Counted from the first letter of the stretch, positions 42,632-54,425 are shown. The stretch: 64,000 bases of DNA from an uncultured Planctomycetota bacterium (GCA_963845755.1 CAWJTV010000033.1:256001-320000), one strand, 5' to 3'. Made by a program: numbers and translations. Notes: generated by a model not told the origin, from the sequence alone.

Positions 42632-45335
42632 GGATGAAGTCGCTCCTCGCTTCGGTCCGCGTCAGCGGCGGGCTCGATCGCGTGGATCATGCCGTGCAAT
42701 GCCTCGAGGACGAGTGGCGGAAACACGGCGATGTCCAGTTGGAGCGCTTGTGGACGGAACAGAAGCGTGTCCTGGCGGTTGATCCCGAAGATTCGATTGT
42801 CCTGCTGACTGAGTTGGTCCGAACGGATCTCCGTTGCCGTTACGCGCGGGGCCAGTCCCCGACGGTCGCCGCGTATCTCGAGCGATTCCCTGCACTGGGG
42901 GGCGCCGACAGCCGAGTGCTGAGCCTGATCTACGAGGAATTCTGCCTGGCCGAGGAACGCGGCGGCGCGATCGATGTCGACTCGTTCTGCGACCGATATC
43001 CCCGGTGGAAGGACTCGCTGGTTTCCCAACTTCAGTATCATCGTTTGTTCAGTCAAGCGGGTGGAATGCGCCCCGAGCCCCCGCCGTTCCCGGAACCGGG
43101 TGGCGCTTTCGAAGAATTCCAACTGGTCTCGCTGTTGGGCAAGGGGGGGACGTCCCGGGTTTTCCTGGCCAGAGACCTCTCGCTGGGGGGAAAGCAAGTC
43201 GTCCTGAAGGTCTCGCTCGACAGAGGCCAGGAGCCGAAGTCCCAAGGTGCGCTGGATCATCCGCACATCGTGCCGGTGAATTCGGTCGTCTTCGGCGACC
43301 GCCAGTTGCGCGGGCTCTCGATGCCGTTCCGGCCGGGGCTGCCGCTCGATGAAGTGATCAAGCGCATCGAGCCGGCCACGCGGCCGCGCCGCGCCCTCGC
43401 GCTGTGGCATGCGTTGGTCATGGGGACGGATCTCCTTACGACGCCTTCGGCGCCTGAGAGTCCCGATTCCGTGGCCCGGCCGGCCGATGGCCCTGGCGAG
43501 ATGCCCCGAGGCGACGGCTGGGATGGCTTCCCCGCGCGGGGAACCTATGCCGAAGGTGTCGCCTGGATCGTCATGATCCTGGCTCGGGCTCTGGCCTACG
43601 CTCACGGCATGCGGACCTTCCATCGCGACGTGAAGCCCGGGAACGTCCTCCTGACCCTCCATCATGGCCCGCAATTGCTCGACTTCAACCTGGCCGAGTC
43701 CCCCCATACGGCCCCGCATGCCGAGGCGGCCATGCATGGCGGGACGCTCCCTTACATGGCGCCCGAGCAGCTCGAGGCGTTCCTCAATCCCGAGCTCTGG
43801 GGCAAGGTCGGGCCGAAGGCCGACATCTACTCGCTGGGGCTGGTCCTTCGCGAGCTGCTCACGGGCCAGGCGCCGGACCTGCCGGCCCAGACCCTCTCGC
43901 CACCGCGTGCCTTGCGCGTGCTCCTGGACCGCAGGCCGATGCTCGACGTCTCGGTACGACGGACCAACCCGGCGATCCCCCATGCCCTCGAGGCGATCGT
44001 CGCGAAGTGCCTGGCAGTCCCTCCCGTTGCCCGATACTCGGACGCCCAGGCCCTGGCGGAGGACCTCGATCGGTTCCTCAAGCGCCTGCCCCTGGTCGGC
44101 ACGACCAATCCGTCGCGTTCGGAACGGCTGGGCAATTGGACGAGGCGAAGGCGATGGGCGCTGGCGACCATCCCCGCATATCTCCTGCTGTTCGGCGTGT
44201 TGGCTTACGGAGCCAGGGATCGGGTCAAGCAATGGCTCAACCCGCTCGTGACCAACCCGCGCTTTCAGGATGCGGTCCGGCAGGTCGACCACGGCGAGTT
44301 TAGAGCGGCGAAACGACTCCTGCGCCCCTCCTGGCTGAGTATCCCGACTCCATCCTGGTCAAGCTCTATCTGAGCTTCGCCCTGGACGCGTGGAAAGAGA
44401 ACAATCCTGCGGCGTCGCACGACCCGGAGCTTCCCCCCGAAAACAACTCTGGACCGTCGCGCGAGGCAGGCCTTTTCCCTGAAGACTATCGACCGAAACG
44501 AGAGGTCGACGCGGACGATCTCTTCGGTGAAGCCTTCAAGGTCCCGAATGCAAGAAGAGAGTTGATTGCCTGGGGCCAGCAACATCCGGAATTCGCCCGC
44601 CACCTCGAAGACTTCGGCAAGGCCCGGTTCGACCGTATCGAGAGGATCACGCAGGATACGCAGGAAAAAGACTACGAGCGGGATAACGGCGAATCGGAGC
44701 GACGAATCCTCTACCGTCTCGCATGGCCGGCCGTTGACCTCGCGGCTGAGCTCAACCCGATATCGACCGTGGCGCCCCGCCTCCTCGCGATCATTGATGA
44801 GGAGGACGAACTTTATGACTCGGCCTACGAACGAATCTCGCGCTTGATCGACGCACTCGGAGTCTCTGGTCACGACAAGAAGGAACTCTATAAAGCCACC
44901 ACGCTTCGCGCCCGGCTCGCAAGAAGGTTGGCCGACGCCAAACGCCAGGGCGATTCGCGGGTCGCTTGTCAGGCTCTCCTGGTGCTGATGGAACAAGCTG
45001 TCGAGGACCTGAGACTCAGCGAGCAATACGTGACCACTCATCGCGATGACGGTAATACTCACTTTGTCGAAAGAACTCTCTACGTCCTGGACATTAAGGC
45101 GCCGGCCTTCCTGACCCTGAGCGAGATCGAAACCAATTTGGGAAGGATCCCCGAGGCCAAAGAGCATCTCCGAGTCGCTCTGGAAGCGTTTGACCGAATT
45201 GAGGAACTGAGGCCGGTGAGCGCGAAGTACACCCATCTCTGGGATTTGCCTCGCTATCGAGAGAGAGCGGCATACCTATTGCAGCGACTCTTCCTGCCCA
45301 CCGCGTTCCGAGAGACGCCGCGCCTCCCTCTCTAG
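42628..45335 (+). CDS. Ser/Thr protein kinase with TM and helical/TPR C-terminus; frameshift near 44325
   Basis: ATGA overlap with the ECF; LGKGGTSRVFLA, HRDVKPGNVL, LLDFNLA, GGTLPYMAPEQ; continues in the frame of ORF 44562..45335. Confidence 0.88.
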
Positions 45336-45604
45336 AAGGCGAGCGGCGAAGCCAGCTCTCGCGACCACGGCAACCGAAGAAAGGCGTCGGCCGCATCCAG
45401 CCGGATCCTGACACAGCTCGCCTCCCGTCAGCCGCCGGGCGCAGGCGGCATCTCACCATCGAGAGACACGGCGGCGAATCGTTCACGGCAAGCGACCTCA
45501 GCCTCGACTTCGTGCCGAACCGGTCCTAGGCTTGCTACGGTCGCACTCATACGGTCCGAGCCCTCGGTCTGCATCGGAGTCGGCCCACTCTGGAGTCGAT
45601 ACCG

Positions 45605-45916
45605 ATGACGGATTTGATCACGGAAATCTGGTCCGGCTTGACCGGGGCCGGCATGCCCGAGGTAATGCTCTACCTGTCGGACGGGTCGGCCTACCGCTGC
45701 CACTGGGACGATACGGCCCTCGTCGGGACAACCCGGGTCGCCCTCCTGGCCGATCAGGATCGAAAGATCGTCCGGATCATGCCGGTCCACGAATGCGAGG
45801 GGATCGGGATCGCCAGTCCCAAGGGGACAGACCCCGCAGGTTACCGTTCGGTGATCCAGGGAAAGTTGAACGATCGGTTCGGAGGGGACGCAGGACACGC
45901 GCCCGCGCCGATCTGA
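45605..45916 (+). CDS. Hypothetical protein (103 aa)
   Basis: GGAG upstream, strong GC3 codon bias, globular composition. Confidence 0.7.
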   Translation: MTDLITEIWSGLTGAGMPEVMLYLSDGSAYRCHWDDTALVGTTRVALLADQDRKIVRIMPVHECEGIGIASPKGTDPAGYRSVIQGKLNDRFGGDAGHAPAPI

Positions 45917-45920
45917 CCGA

Positions 45921-46871
45921 TCAACGGCGAGGGTCGGCGGAGCCGCTCGTTCGCGATCTCGGGTGGAACTGGGCGTGAACGTTGCGAAGCCGGCTCAGCT
46001 CGACCCGGGTATAGATCTGGGTCGTGGTAATGGACGCGTGGCCGAGCATTTCCTGGACGACCCGAAGATCCGCACCACCGGCTAGCAGATGGGTGGCGAA
46101 GCTGTGGCGGAGGGTATGCGGGCTGACGTCGCCGGGAAGCGCCGCCGCGCGCGCATACCGCTTGACGATCGACCAGAGTGCGATCCGAGAGAGCGGGCGG
46201 CCCGACTTCGACACGAAGAGGTTAGGCGTCTCTGGTCGACGGGCGACCAGGTGGGGACGATCGCGCCGGAGATACTCGAGCAGCGCGGCGATGGCCTGCG
46301 AGCCGAGGGGGACCCGTCGCTCCTTGTTTCCCTTGCCGACACAACGCGCCAGGCCGGAGACCAGGTCTAGATCTGCCGGGCGAAGTCCGGCCACCTCCGA
46401 GGCCCGACAGCCGGACGCGTACAGGGTCTCCAGCGCGGCCCGGTCCCGCCGGCCCAGGCGGGTTTCGGGGTTGGGGACCTCCAGCAGCCGTGCCACCGCC
46501 GCCGGACCCAGCACGGTCGGCAGCCGATCCCAGACGGCCGGTGCCACCAGCAACTTGGCCACGTTTTCCGTGAGCCGGTCTTCGAATACGAGGAACCGGA
46601 AGAACGTGGACAAGCTCGCGAGATGCCGGCACACGCTGCTGGGGGCAAGCCCCGATTCGTTGAGAGACTCCACATAGTTGCTCAATTTCAAGACATCGAG
46701 GCTGGCCAGTGGGCCCGGGACCGCGGCGCGCCGCCAACGGATGAACCGCATGAGGTCGGATCGGTAAGCGGCCAACGTGTTCGGTGAAACGCCACATTCC
46801 GCCATCAAGTAATGCAGGAACGGTCCGATTGGATCGCGATCCTGTGCAGGTCGTGACGGTGTTGCGGCCAT
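45921..46871 (-). CDS. xerD: Site-specific tyrosine recombinase XerD
   Basis: SPNTLAAYRSDL, RDRAALETLYASGCRASE, GKGNKERRVP, SPHTLRHSFATHLLAGGADLRVVQEMLGHASITTTQIYT. Confidence 0.88.
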   Translation of the reverse strand: MAATPSRPAQDRDPIGPFLHYLMAECGVSPNTLAAYRSDLMRFIRWRRAAVPGPLASLDVLKLSNYVESLNESGLAPSSVCRHLASLSTFFRFLVFEDRLTENVAKLLVAPAVWDRLPTVLGPAAVARLLEVPNPETRLGRRDRAALETLYASGCRASEVAGLRPADLDLVSGLARCVGKGNKERRVPLGSQAIAALLEYLRRDRPHLVARRPETPNLFVSKSGRPLSRIALWSIVKRYARAAALPGDVSPHTLRHSFATHLLAGGADLRVVQEMLGHASITTTQIYTRVELSRLRNVHAQFHPRSRTSGSADPRR

Positions 46872-47213
46872 CGAGCGATCACCTCTACAGGATATCGGCC
46901 CTGGAGCATCTTCATTCGTTCCAGGAAGCATCGGCCGGGATTTCGTCGACCTTGATTGGAACCGGGGGATTGTGCGGTGAGTCGCGTCGGGTCTCAAGCC
47001 CCTCGTGACGGGCGAGGGCTCGAGTTGGTTTGGATTTGCCCATTGACCGCGTCTGTGGAACTTCAATGGGTCGATGTCTTGGTCCGCCGGGCGCAGTCTG
47101 GTAGGTTGGTGACCCGTCGAGCACCCGATGCGCACGAATTCGACCCGGATGCTTCCGCCTCGTCTCGTCCGGCCGCGGAAGACCGGACTTATCTTCCCGG
47201 CAACTGTCAACCC

Positions 47214-47873
47214 ATGGAAACCAGCCTCCATCGCTCACTGAAAGCGCAGTATGCGACCGGCGGGGATCGGCGGCCCGAGGTCGGGATCCGGGGGTTCCGC
47301 GTGGACGCCGTCGACGATGCAGGACGCCTGGTCGAGATCCAGTCGGGCCCACTGGGTCCGCTCCGCGGCAAGCTCCGGCGGTTGTTGCCGGATCACTGCA
47401 TCCGGATCGTCAAGCCGGTCCCGTTGCGGCGGCGGATCGTCCGGCGGACTCGGCGCGATGGTCCGGACCTCTCGGCGCGGTGCAGTCCCCGGCGCGGCGT
47501 GCTCCACGACGTCTTCGACGACTTGATCGGCGTTGTTCGCGTCTTTCCTCATGACAATCTGGATATCGAGATCCTCGGCGTGACCATCGACGAAATCCGC
47601 GTGCCACGGCGGCGCCGGCCGGGTTATACTGTGGTCGATCGCCGCCTCGGCGCGATCCATGAGACGACCTCGCTCGTGCACGCGGAAGACCTCTGGTCGC
47701 TCTTGCCGGACGGATGTGACGGAGGGCAACCCTTCACCACCCACGACCTGGCCCAGCGGCTCGCCCGCCCCCTTTGGTTCGCCCAGCGGGTCGCCTACTG
47801 CCTCCGCTTGACCGGGGCGGCTCGGGTCATGGGAAAGTCGGGCAATCGGTTGATCTACATCAGAAAGCCTTGA
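47214..47873 (+). CDS. Hypothetical protein with PD-(D/E)XK-like nuclease motif
   Basis: METSLHRSLKAQYA, FRVDAVD, LVEIQSG; C-terminal winged-helix-like AQRVAYCLR. Confidence 0.75.
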   Translation: METSLHRSLKAQYATGGDRRPEVGIRGFRVDAVDDAGRLVEIQSGPLGPLRGKLRRLLPDHCIRIVKPVPLRRRIVRRTRRDGPDLSARCSPRRGVLHDVFDDLIGVVRVFPHDNLDIEILGVTIDEIRVPRRRRPGYTVVDRRLGAIHETTSLVHAEDLWSLLPDGCDGGQPFTTHDLAQRLARPLWFAQRVAYCLRLTGAARVMGKSGNRLIYIRKP

Positions 47874-47892
47874 GGATTTGGAGGGTACCGCG

Positions 47893-49017
47893 ATGTTTCA
47901 TCCCGTACGAACGCGGCGGATCGGTGCCGGAACGATCCTGGTCGCCATTGCAGCGCTGATCTCGATCGGCCGATCGGCAGGGGCGGAGCCCGCCGACGGG
48001 AAACCCGGCGAATCGCCGGATGACGCGATCGCGCCGAGGGTCTCGATGGAACGCACGGCCAGGTATCTCGATGAGACATCGCTCGCATGGACCCGGGAAC
48101 GCAAGTGCGGTACCTGCCATACTAACTACCCTTACCTTTTCGCACGCCCTGCGTTGAAGGAGTACACCTCCCCGGCGCCGGCTGAAATCCGCGGGTTCTT
48201 CGAGGATCGCGTCGCCCACTGGGACGACACAGCCAAGGCCGCCAAGCCGCGGTGGGACGCCGAGGTTGTCGCTACCGCCGCTGCGCTGGCCGTCAACGAC
48301 GCGGCGACGACCGGCAAACTCCACGCCTTGACACGTCAGGCACTCGACCGGGTCTGGAAGGTCCAGAAGCCGGATGGGGGCTTCAACTGGCTCAAGTGCG
48401 ACTGGCCTCCCTACGAGCACGATGATTACTACGGCGCGATCGTGGCAGCACTCGGTGCCGGACACGCCCCCGACGGCTACGCCCAATCCCCCCCAGCACA
48501 AGCGGGTCTGGCGCGGCTCCGCGATTACTTCGCCCACAATCCCCCGCCCGATCTCCACCATGCCACGATGCTCCTCTGGGCTTCGACGCGTCTCGACGGC
48601 ATCATGACGGCCGAACAACGGGCCAAGACCCTCGCGCGGCTCCGCGAGATCCAGCGGCCCGACGGCGGCTGGAACCTCCCTTCGCTGGGCAGTTGGAAAC
48701 GGCGCGACGGCGGCTCCAATGATCCGAACGGCCCCAGCGACGGTTACGGCACCGGCGTGGTCGTCTTCGTCTTCAGGCAGGCCGGCGTGCCGGCGACCGA
48801 CCCGGCCGTGAAGCGTGGCGTGAACTGGCTGTTGTCCCACCAGCGCGCCTCGGGCCGTTGGTTCACCCGTTCGGTCACTAACGACAAGTTCCACTATATC
48901 TCCCGCGCCGGAACGGCATTCGCGATTCTCGCGCTACGGTCTTGCGATATCAGGACCGAAGACTCCGAAAACCATGCCTCGGTGGCTCCCGACGCGAAGC
49001 CCCCGGGCGGTCCTTGA
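47893..49017 (+). CDS. Exported prenyltransferase/squalene-hopene cyclase-like repeat protein with CxxCH
   Basis: QW-type repeats QKPDGGF, QRPDGGW, QRASGRW; SDGYGTG; CGTCH; signal peptide. Confidence 0.88.
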   Translation: MFHPVRTRRIGAGTILVAIAALISIGRSAGAEPADGKPGESPDDAIAPRVSMERTARYLDETSLAWTRERKCGTCHTNYPYLFARPALKEYTSPAPAEIRGFFEDRVAHWDDTAKAAKPRWDAEVVATAAALAVNDAATTGKLHALTRQALDRVWKVQKPDGGFNWLKCDWPPYEHDDYYGAIVAALGAGHAPDGYAQSPPAQAGLARLRDYFAHNPPPDLHHATMLLWASTRLDGIMTAEQRAKTLARLREIQRPDGGWNLPSLGSWKRRDGGSNDPNGPSDGYGTGVVVFVFRQAGVPATDPAVKRGVNWLLSHQRASGRWFTRSVTNDKFHYISRAGTAFAILALRSCDIRTEDSENHASVAPDAKPPGGP

Positions 49018-49044
49018 ATCCCTCGAATCTTCGGGGAAGTCCCT

Positions 49045-49641
49045 TCAACCGTTGCGGTCCAGCATCAACCACTCGAGCAGTCCCGCGACGCAGACCGCAT
49101 GATCGATCCGGCCGTCTCGGATCATCGCCCGGATCTCGCGAACCGGTGCCAGCTCGATGGCCAGCTCCTCGTTCGGGTCGGGATCAGGTTCGGCGACGCG
49201 CCGCGCGTTGCGGATGACGATCGTCGTGATGGCCATGGTAAGGAGTGCCGGATTCGGCCAGAGGGTCCCGAGTCGTTCGGGCGGATCGCCCGCATAGCCG
49301 GTCTCCTCCAGGAGTTCTCGGGCACCGGCCACGCAGGGGTCCTCGCCGGGTTCGAGGAGCCCGCCCGGCGTCTCCAGGCTATCGCGGCCCGCGCCGGCGC
49401 GGAACTGGCGGACCAGGACCACCTCCTGCTCGGGCGTCAGGGCGATGACATGAACTCCGTCGGCCAGATGTACGATGAAGAAGTCATGCGTCTTACCACT
49501 GGTCCGAGACCGGAACCGTTCGCACCGCAGGCGGAACAACCAGGTCTCGCTCAGCGTCTGGTCGCGCGTACCGTCCCCGTCCCGGACCCATGAGGGTTCC
49601 GGAATGGAATCGGGATCGGGTGAAACTGGAGACGTGTTCAT
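49045..49641 (-). CDS. NUDIX hydrolase (ADP-ribose pyrophosphatase-like)
   Basis: LVRQFR, GGLLEPGEDPCVAGARELLEETGY Nudix box. Confidence 0.93.
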   Translation of the reverse strand: MNTSPVSPDPDSIPEPSWVRDGDGTRDQTLSETWLFRLRCERFRSRTSGKTHDFFIVHLADGVHVIALTPEQEVVLVRQFRAGAGRDSLETPGGLLEPGEDPCVAGARELLEETGYAGDPPERLGTLWPNPALLTMAITTIVIRNARRVAEPDPDPNEELAIELAPVREIRAMIRDGRIDHAVCVAGLLEWLMLDRNG

Positions 49642-49755
49642 AACTTGAAAACAGGCAGTCCGCGATTGGTCCTTTCGATCATCTGCGACCGGCGGGACTT
49701 GTTGAGTCCGACAGGGTTCCCGTGTGGAAGAGAGGCGACGGAAAAAACTGGCCGC

Positions 49756-51126
49756 TCAAGAGAACTTCGCCTCCTGCTTGAGGATCTCCAGTGCGCTTTC
49801 GACCGAGTCTTCCAGCACCGACCAGGCGAGGCCCTTATCTTCCTGTCGGGTCGCGAGGTTGCGGAGGTTGAAGACCTGCCGGGTTTGCTCGTCCGGTCCG
49901 ACGATCACGGCCAGCTTGTGCCCCCGGGAAGAGCCGTAGCCCATCTGCTTGCCGATCGAGATCGGATCGGGGTAGACCTCGGCGCCGATGCCCGCGGCCC
50001 GCAGTCGCGCGGCCATCCGGAACGGGACGAGCGGGTCCGTGCCGGGGAACTGGGCTACCAGGACCGGTGTGGTCGTCGCCGACGAGCCCAGCCAGCCGGC
50101 TTCGTCCATCAGGGCGAGGAGCCGGTCCAGCCCGATCGAGGCCCCGACGCCCGGGAGCCTCCGCGGCGTGAACAGGCTGGCCAGGTTGTCGTACCGGCCC
50201 CCCGAAGCCACGCTGCCGAATTTCTCCCAGCCGTCGACGGTCGTCTCGAAGACGATCCCGGTGTAATAGTCGAGCCCGCGCACCAGCCCCAGGTCGATCG
50301 CGATCCGCTCGGTCGGCACGCCAGCCGCTCCCAGCAGGTCGAGGACCCGCCGCAGGTTGCCGATCCCGTGTTCGACCGAGGGATTCGATCCCAGAGCCGA
50401 CTCGGCTTGCTTCAAGACTTCCGTGCCGCCGCGGCCGGTCTCGGCGAAATCGAGCACCCGCCGGGCGAGATCCTCGGTCAGCCCGGGACCACCGTGATCC
50501 GGAGCCTTCTGAAGCTCGGCCAGCACGGCGTCACGACCGATCTTCGCCAGCTTGTCGAGAGTGCGGAGCACCCCGCCGCTCAGTCCACTGAGCCCCTGGG
50601 AATCGAGGAAGCCGTCGAGGATCTTGCGGTGATTGATCGTGATTGTGAACGCAGGCACTCCCGCCGCGGCCAGCGCGGCGTGGATGACCTGGGCCGTCTC
50701 GGCGTCGGCTAATGGGCTCTCGGTGCCGATCGTGTCGAAGTCGCACTGGACGAACTCACGGAACCGCCCCTTGGCCGGTCGCTCGCCGCGGAACACCGAC
50801 CCGATCGCATACCGCTTGAACGGGACGCCCAGCTCATCGATGTGCTTGGCGACGAACCGGGCCAGCGGCACCGTCAGGTCGAATCGCAGCGCCAGCTCGC
50901 CGGGTGTCCCACCCTTATTCGTGACCTCGAAGATCTGCCGCAGGACCTCGTCCGACCCGGCTCCTTTGCCCGTCAGGACCTCCATCCGTTCGATATGTGG
51001 TGTCTCGATCGGCACGAATCCAAAACCGGAGAAGATGCGTCGAAAGGCTTCGAGCATCCGCTCGCGGGGAATCATCACGGCGGGAGGAAGGTCTCTCAGT
51101 CCGCTGGCAACCCGGGGGTCGATCAT
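49756..51126 (-). CDS. hisS: Histidine--tRNA ligase
   Basis: LRFDLTVPLAR, FRGERPAKGRFREFVQCDFD, LVRGLDYYTG, GGRYDNL, GASIGLDR. Confidence 0.97.
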   Translation of the reverse strand: MIDPRVASGLRDLPPAVMIPRERMLEAFRRIFSGFGFVPIETPHIERMEVLTGKGAGSDEVLRQIFEVTNKGGTPGELALRFDLTVPLARFVAKHIDELGVPFKRYAIGSVFRGERPAKGRFREFVQCDFDTIGTESPLADAETAQVIHAALAAAGVPAFTITINHRKILDGFLDSQGLSGLSGGVLRTLDKLAKIGRDAVLAELQKAPDHGGPGLTEDLARRVLDFAETGRGGTEVLKQAESALGSNPSVEHGIGNLRRVLDLLGAAGVPTERIAIDLGLVRGLDYYTGIVFETTVDGWEKFGSVASGGRYDNLASLFTPRRLPGVGASIGLDRLLALMDEAGWLGSSATTTPVLVAQFPGTDPLVPFRMAARLRAAGIGAEVYPDPISIGKQMGYGSSRGHKLAVIVGPDEQTRQVFNLRNLATRQEDKGLAWSVLEDSVESALEILKQEAKFS

Positions 51127-51725
51127 GGAGTTCTGGCTTTCTTCAGCGATCGTTCAGAGGATGATCCGGCCTTCCCCAGTCGGGCGGGGGGATCGGCATC
51201 TCGCGGTCGGACGCGGTTTATCAGGTCGGTCAGGGTCTCTGGGATTGTACCATCACGAAGAGCCGGACGGATCAGGGCTCGATTGGGTCGCGAGGGGCCC
51301 TACCGTGTGAGGATCGTGGGACAATTTGGCACTTTTGGACATCTATTTGGCGGGTCGCCATCCCCGATGTCCTTGGCTGGAAGTGAGATGGGGCGAGCCC
51401 GTGAATCGGGAGGAACGGTTCCAAAGCTCGGTTTCGGAGTGATCGCACGTGGGCCATACTATATAGGATGCCGCAACTTTTGGAAAACGTTAATGCACCT
51501 ATGCCCGAATTCAGGCCATTGGCATCCCGAAGCCTTGATCTCAGCAGCAGTTGCATAAATCTTGAAAAAAATTTTGCCCGTTGATTAGCCGGCCTACCGG
51601 TGACCTCGAACGGAGTGGCGCGAGGCCAGGGCTCATGGCCGAATCTCCCCACTTCTCCCGTTTCGCACACTGGTTGCGCGGAAACCGGTGGAATTCGGCG
51701 AGAGGTGGTATCCCAAGGAGAGCCC

Positions 51726-52726
51726 ATGCGAATCCTGGTCATCGGCGGTACGAATTTCATCGGCCCGCACCTGGTCCGGCAGTTGGTCGATCACGGCCAT
51801 GCGGTCGCCGTATTCCACCGGGGTCAGCCCCATGCCGATTTGCCAGTCTCGGTGGAATGTCTCACCGGCGACCGGCACCATCTGGCCGATCATCGCGACG
51901 CCTTCCGCCGGTTCGGCCCCGAAGTCGTCGTGGATATGATCGCCTACACGGAACACGATGCGCAAGGACTCGTCAACACGTTCCGGGGCCTGGCCGGCGA
52001 ATCGTCGTGATCTCCAGCGGCGATGTCTACCGGGCGTACGGCCGGTTACTCGGAACGGAGCCTGGTCCCGTCGAGCCGACTCCGCTCGTCGAAGACGCAC
52101 CACTGCGTTCGCTCTGGTTCCCGTACCGCGACCAGGCCCAGGGGTCGGACGACTTCCTCTACGCTTATGACAAGATCCCGGTCGAGCAGGTGGTGCTGGC
52201 CAATCCCGACCTTCCCGCAACGGTCTTGCGGCTGCCGATGACCTATGGTCCCGGTGACCCGTTCCGCCGCTGCTCACCGTATCTGAAGCGCATGACCGAC
52301 GGTCGCCCGGCGATCCGGCTCGACGCGGGCCTGGCTCGCTGGAAGTCCCCGCGCGGGTATGTCGAGAATGTGGCGGCGGCCCTCGCGCTGGTCGTTGAGG
52401 ACGATCGAGCCGCGGGGCGGGTCTACAATGTCTCCGAACCGGTCTCCTTCCGCGAGGCCGATTGGGTGCGGAGGATCGCCGAGGTGATCGGCTGGACCGG
52501 CGAGGTCGCGACGGTCCCCGAAGGACGGATTCCGGTTCCCTATCACTTCGACCAGGACCTGGATACGAACTCGCACCGCATCCGGGAGGAACTGGGGTTC
52601 GCCGAGACCGTGATGCTGCACGACGCGCTGGAAAGGACGATCGCCTGGGAGCGAACCAACCCGCCCGAGCAATGGTCGGCGCTCGGAATCCTGGATGACG
52701 CGTTCGAACCGGAGCCGCTGGGCTGA
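51726..52726 (+). CDS. NAD-dependent epimerase/dehydratase; frameshift near 51990
   Basis: MRILVIGGTNFIG then ISSGDVY, YDKIPVE, LRLPMTYGPGD, YVENVA. Confidence 0.9.
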
Positions 52727-52894
52727 GGCTCGCATCCAGGAGAAGCACGCAGACCCTCTCCATCCCTCCCGTCGCGCCCCCGAGACGATCACCTAAGCCT
52801 GGATGCACGAGACATCATTGACTTTGGGACGGTTCGGTAGGGAGGGACGAAATCTGCTTTATGTCCTCACCTCTTGCGCAACAATGAGTGATTC

Positions 52895-53411
52895 ATGGAT
52901 TCCACGCCGCCATCCATCAATAAAACAAATGGTTCCAGCGATGACAGGACCGACCTCCCCGTCTTGCCGCCCGGCGCGTCATCCCGCCCGCCCCTGGTAC
53001 CCGAGCGCAACGACTTCCTGGAGGGCGAGGCCCCGGCCGCCGACAAGGTCCAGGCCTTCCTGCCCGCGCCCTGGAGGCCACGGGCCACGACGCGGACCAG
53101 GCGGCCGCGGCCCTGGCCCCCTGGATCTGCGACGCCCTCCTGCCCAACCACTCGGTCAAGGCCTACGGCCGCGACTTCCTGGACTTCGTCCGCCGCATGC
53201 AGGCCCAAGGCGTTGCCCACTGGAGGTCACCGCCGACCACATCAAGCTGAACAAGCGCGACCTGATCGAAGCCGGCATGACCGCCGCGATGGTCGCCCGG
53301 CGGCTCTCGGTGCTGCGCGGCGCCTACCGACAACTGGCGGCCAAGGGATTGATCGCCTGGGAGACCGCCCGGGACCTTGCCGAGACCGGTGTGCAGGCCT
53401 CACTGAAATGA
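52895..53411 (+). pseudogene. Truncated tyrosine recombinase (N-terminal SAM-like domain only)
   Basis: HSVKAYGRDFLDF and VTADHIKL..AAMVARRLSVLRGAY across frameshifts; no catalytic domain follows. Confidence 0.75.
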
Positions 53412-53641
53412 ACGGTGTCGATTCCGCTCGACTCGCCGAGCGATGCGTCAGTCGATCAGACGAACGGCACTACCTTAAGGAATCCGCTTTGACCTAACCC
53501 CGCACCGATCGGCAGGGCCTGACGCCTCCGCAATCCTCTTCGCCGGACCAGGGACTCTCGTCACCGCCGCCCCGGTCCGCGATAATGGAGTTGGTCCTCC
53601 ACAGCATCAGCCCGACCAATTCGCCCCCGGCGAGGGAGATA

Positions 53642-54382
53642 ATGTCGCGACTTCAACCCGACGGTCACGTCCCGGGCCGGTTTCCAACGACGCAGTGGAG
53701 TCGCGTGATCACGGCCGCCAGTCGCGACGCATCTGAGGCCCGAGAGGCGCTGTCAAGCCTCTGCCAGGCGTACTGGTATCCGATCTACGCTTACGTCAGG
53801 CACCGCGGACACACGCCCGAGCAGGCACAGGACCTGACCCAGGACTTCTTCGCTTACATCCTGGAGCGCGAGCTGATCGCCATGGCCGACCCGACGCGGG
53901 GCCGCTTCCGTGCGTTCCTCCGCACTGTATGCGCGCGCCAACTGGCCGACCACCGCGATCGACGGAACGCGGCGAAGCGGGGCGGAGGCCGGTCCCCGCT
54001 CCCCATCGACCCCTGCGACGCCGAGCGCCGGTACGCGCGGGAGCCCGCTCACGAGTTGACCCCGGAACGGGTCTTCGACCGGACCTGGGCCCTGACCCTG
54101 CTGTCTCGGGTTGTCGACCGCCTCCGCCGCGAGTATGACGACGCGGGCCGGTCGGACCGATTCGAGGAATTGCTCGCCGTCCTGACCCGCGACCCGGCAT
54201 CGGACTCCTACGCCGAGATCGCCGGGCGGCTGGGGACGACCGAAGGGAACGTCCGCGTCGCCGTCCACCGCCTCCGGCGCCGGTACGGCCTGCTGTTGCG
54301 CGAGGAGATCGAGGCGACCGTCGGCGATGAGGCCCAGATCGACGACGAGATCCGCGCCCTCTTCTCCGCCCTGGAGGGATGA
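53642..54382 (+). CDS. ECF sigma factor (FPTTxWS type, kinase-associated)
   Basis: FPTTQWSRV, YWYPIYAYVR, AQDLTQDFF, RGRFRAFL, FDRTWA, VRVAVHRLRRRY. Confidence 0.93.
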   Translation: MSRLQPDGHVPGRFPTTQWSRVITAASRDASEAREALSSLCQAYWYPIYAYVRHRGHTPEQAQDLTQDFFAYILERELIAMADPTRGRFRAFLRTVCARQLADHRDRRNAAKRGGGRSPLPIDPCDAERRYAREPAHELTPERVFDRTWALTLLSRVVDRLRREYDDAGRSDRFEELLAVLTRDPASDSYAEIAGRLGTTEGNVRVAVHRLRRRYGLLLREEIEATVGDEAQIDDEIRALFSALEG

Positions 54383-54397
54383 GATTTGGCTTTGACC

Positions 54398-54425
54398 TGT
54401 AACGTTCGCCGCCGTAATCCGAATC
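54398..54425 (+). promoter_or_regulatory. Candidate ECF promoter TGTAAC-N16-CGAATC
   Basis: Upstream of the kinase gene; the same motif and spacing recur at 57814. Confidence 0.55.

Noticed and set aside
45921..46871. Prophage or ICE integrase
   Set aside because: Sequence is canonical XerD and neighbours are housekeeping-type genes; no att site or phage genes.
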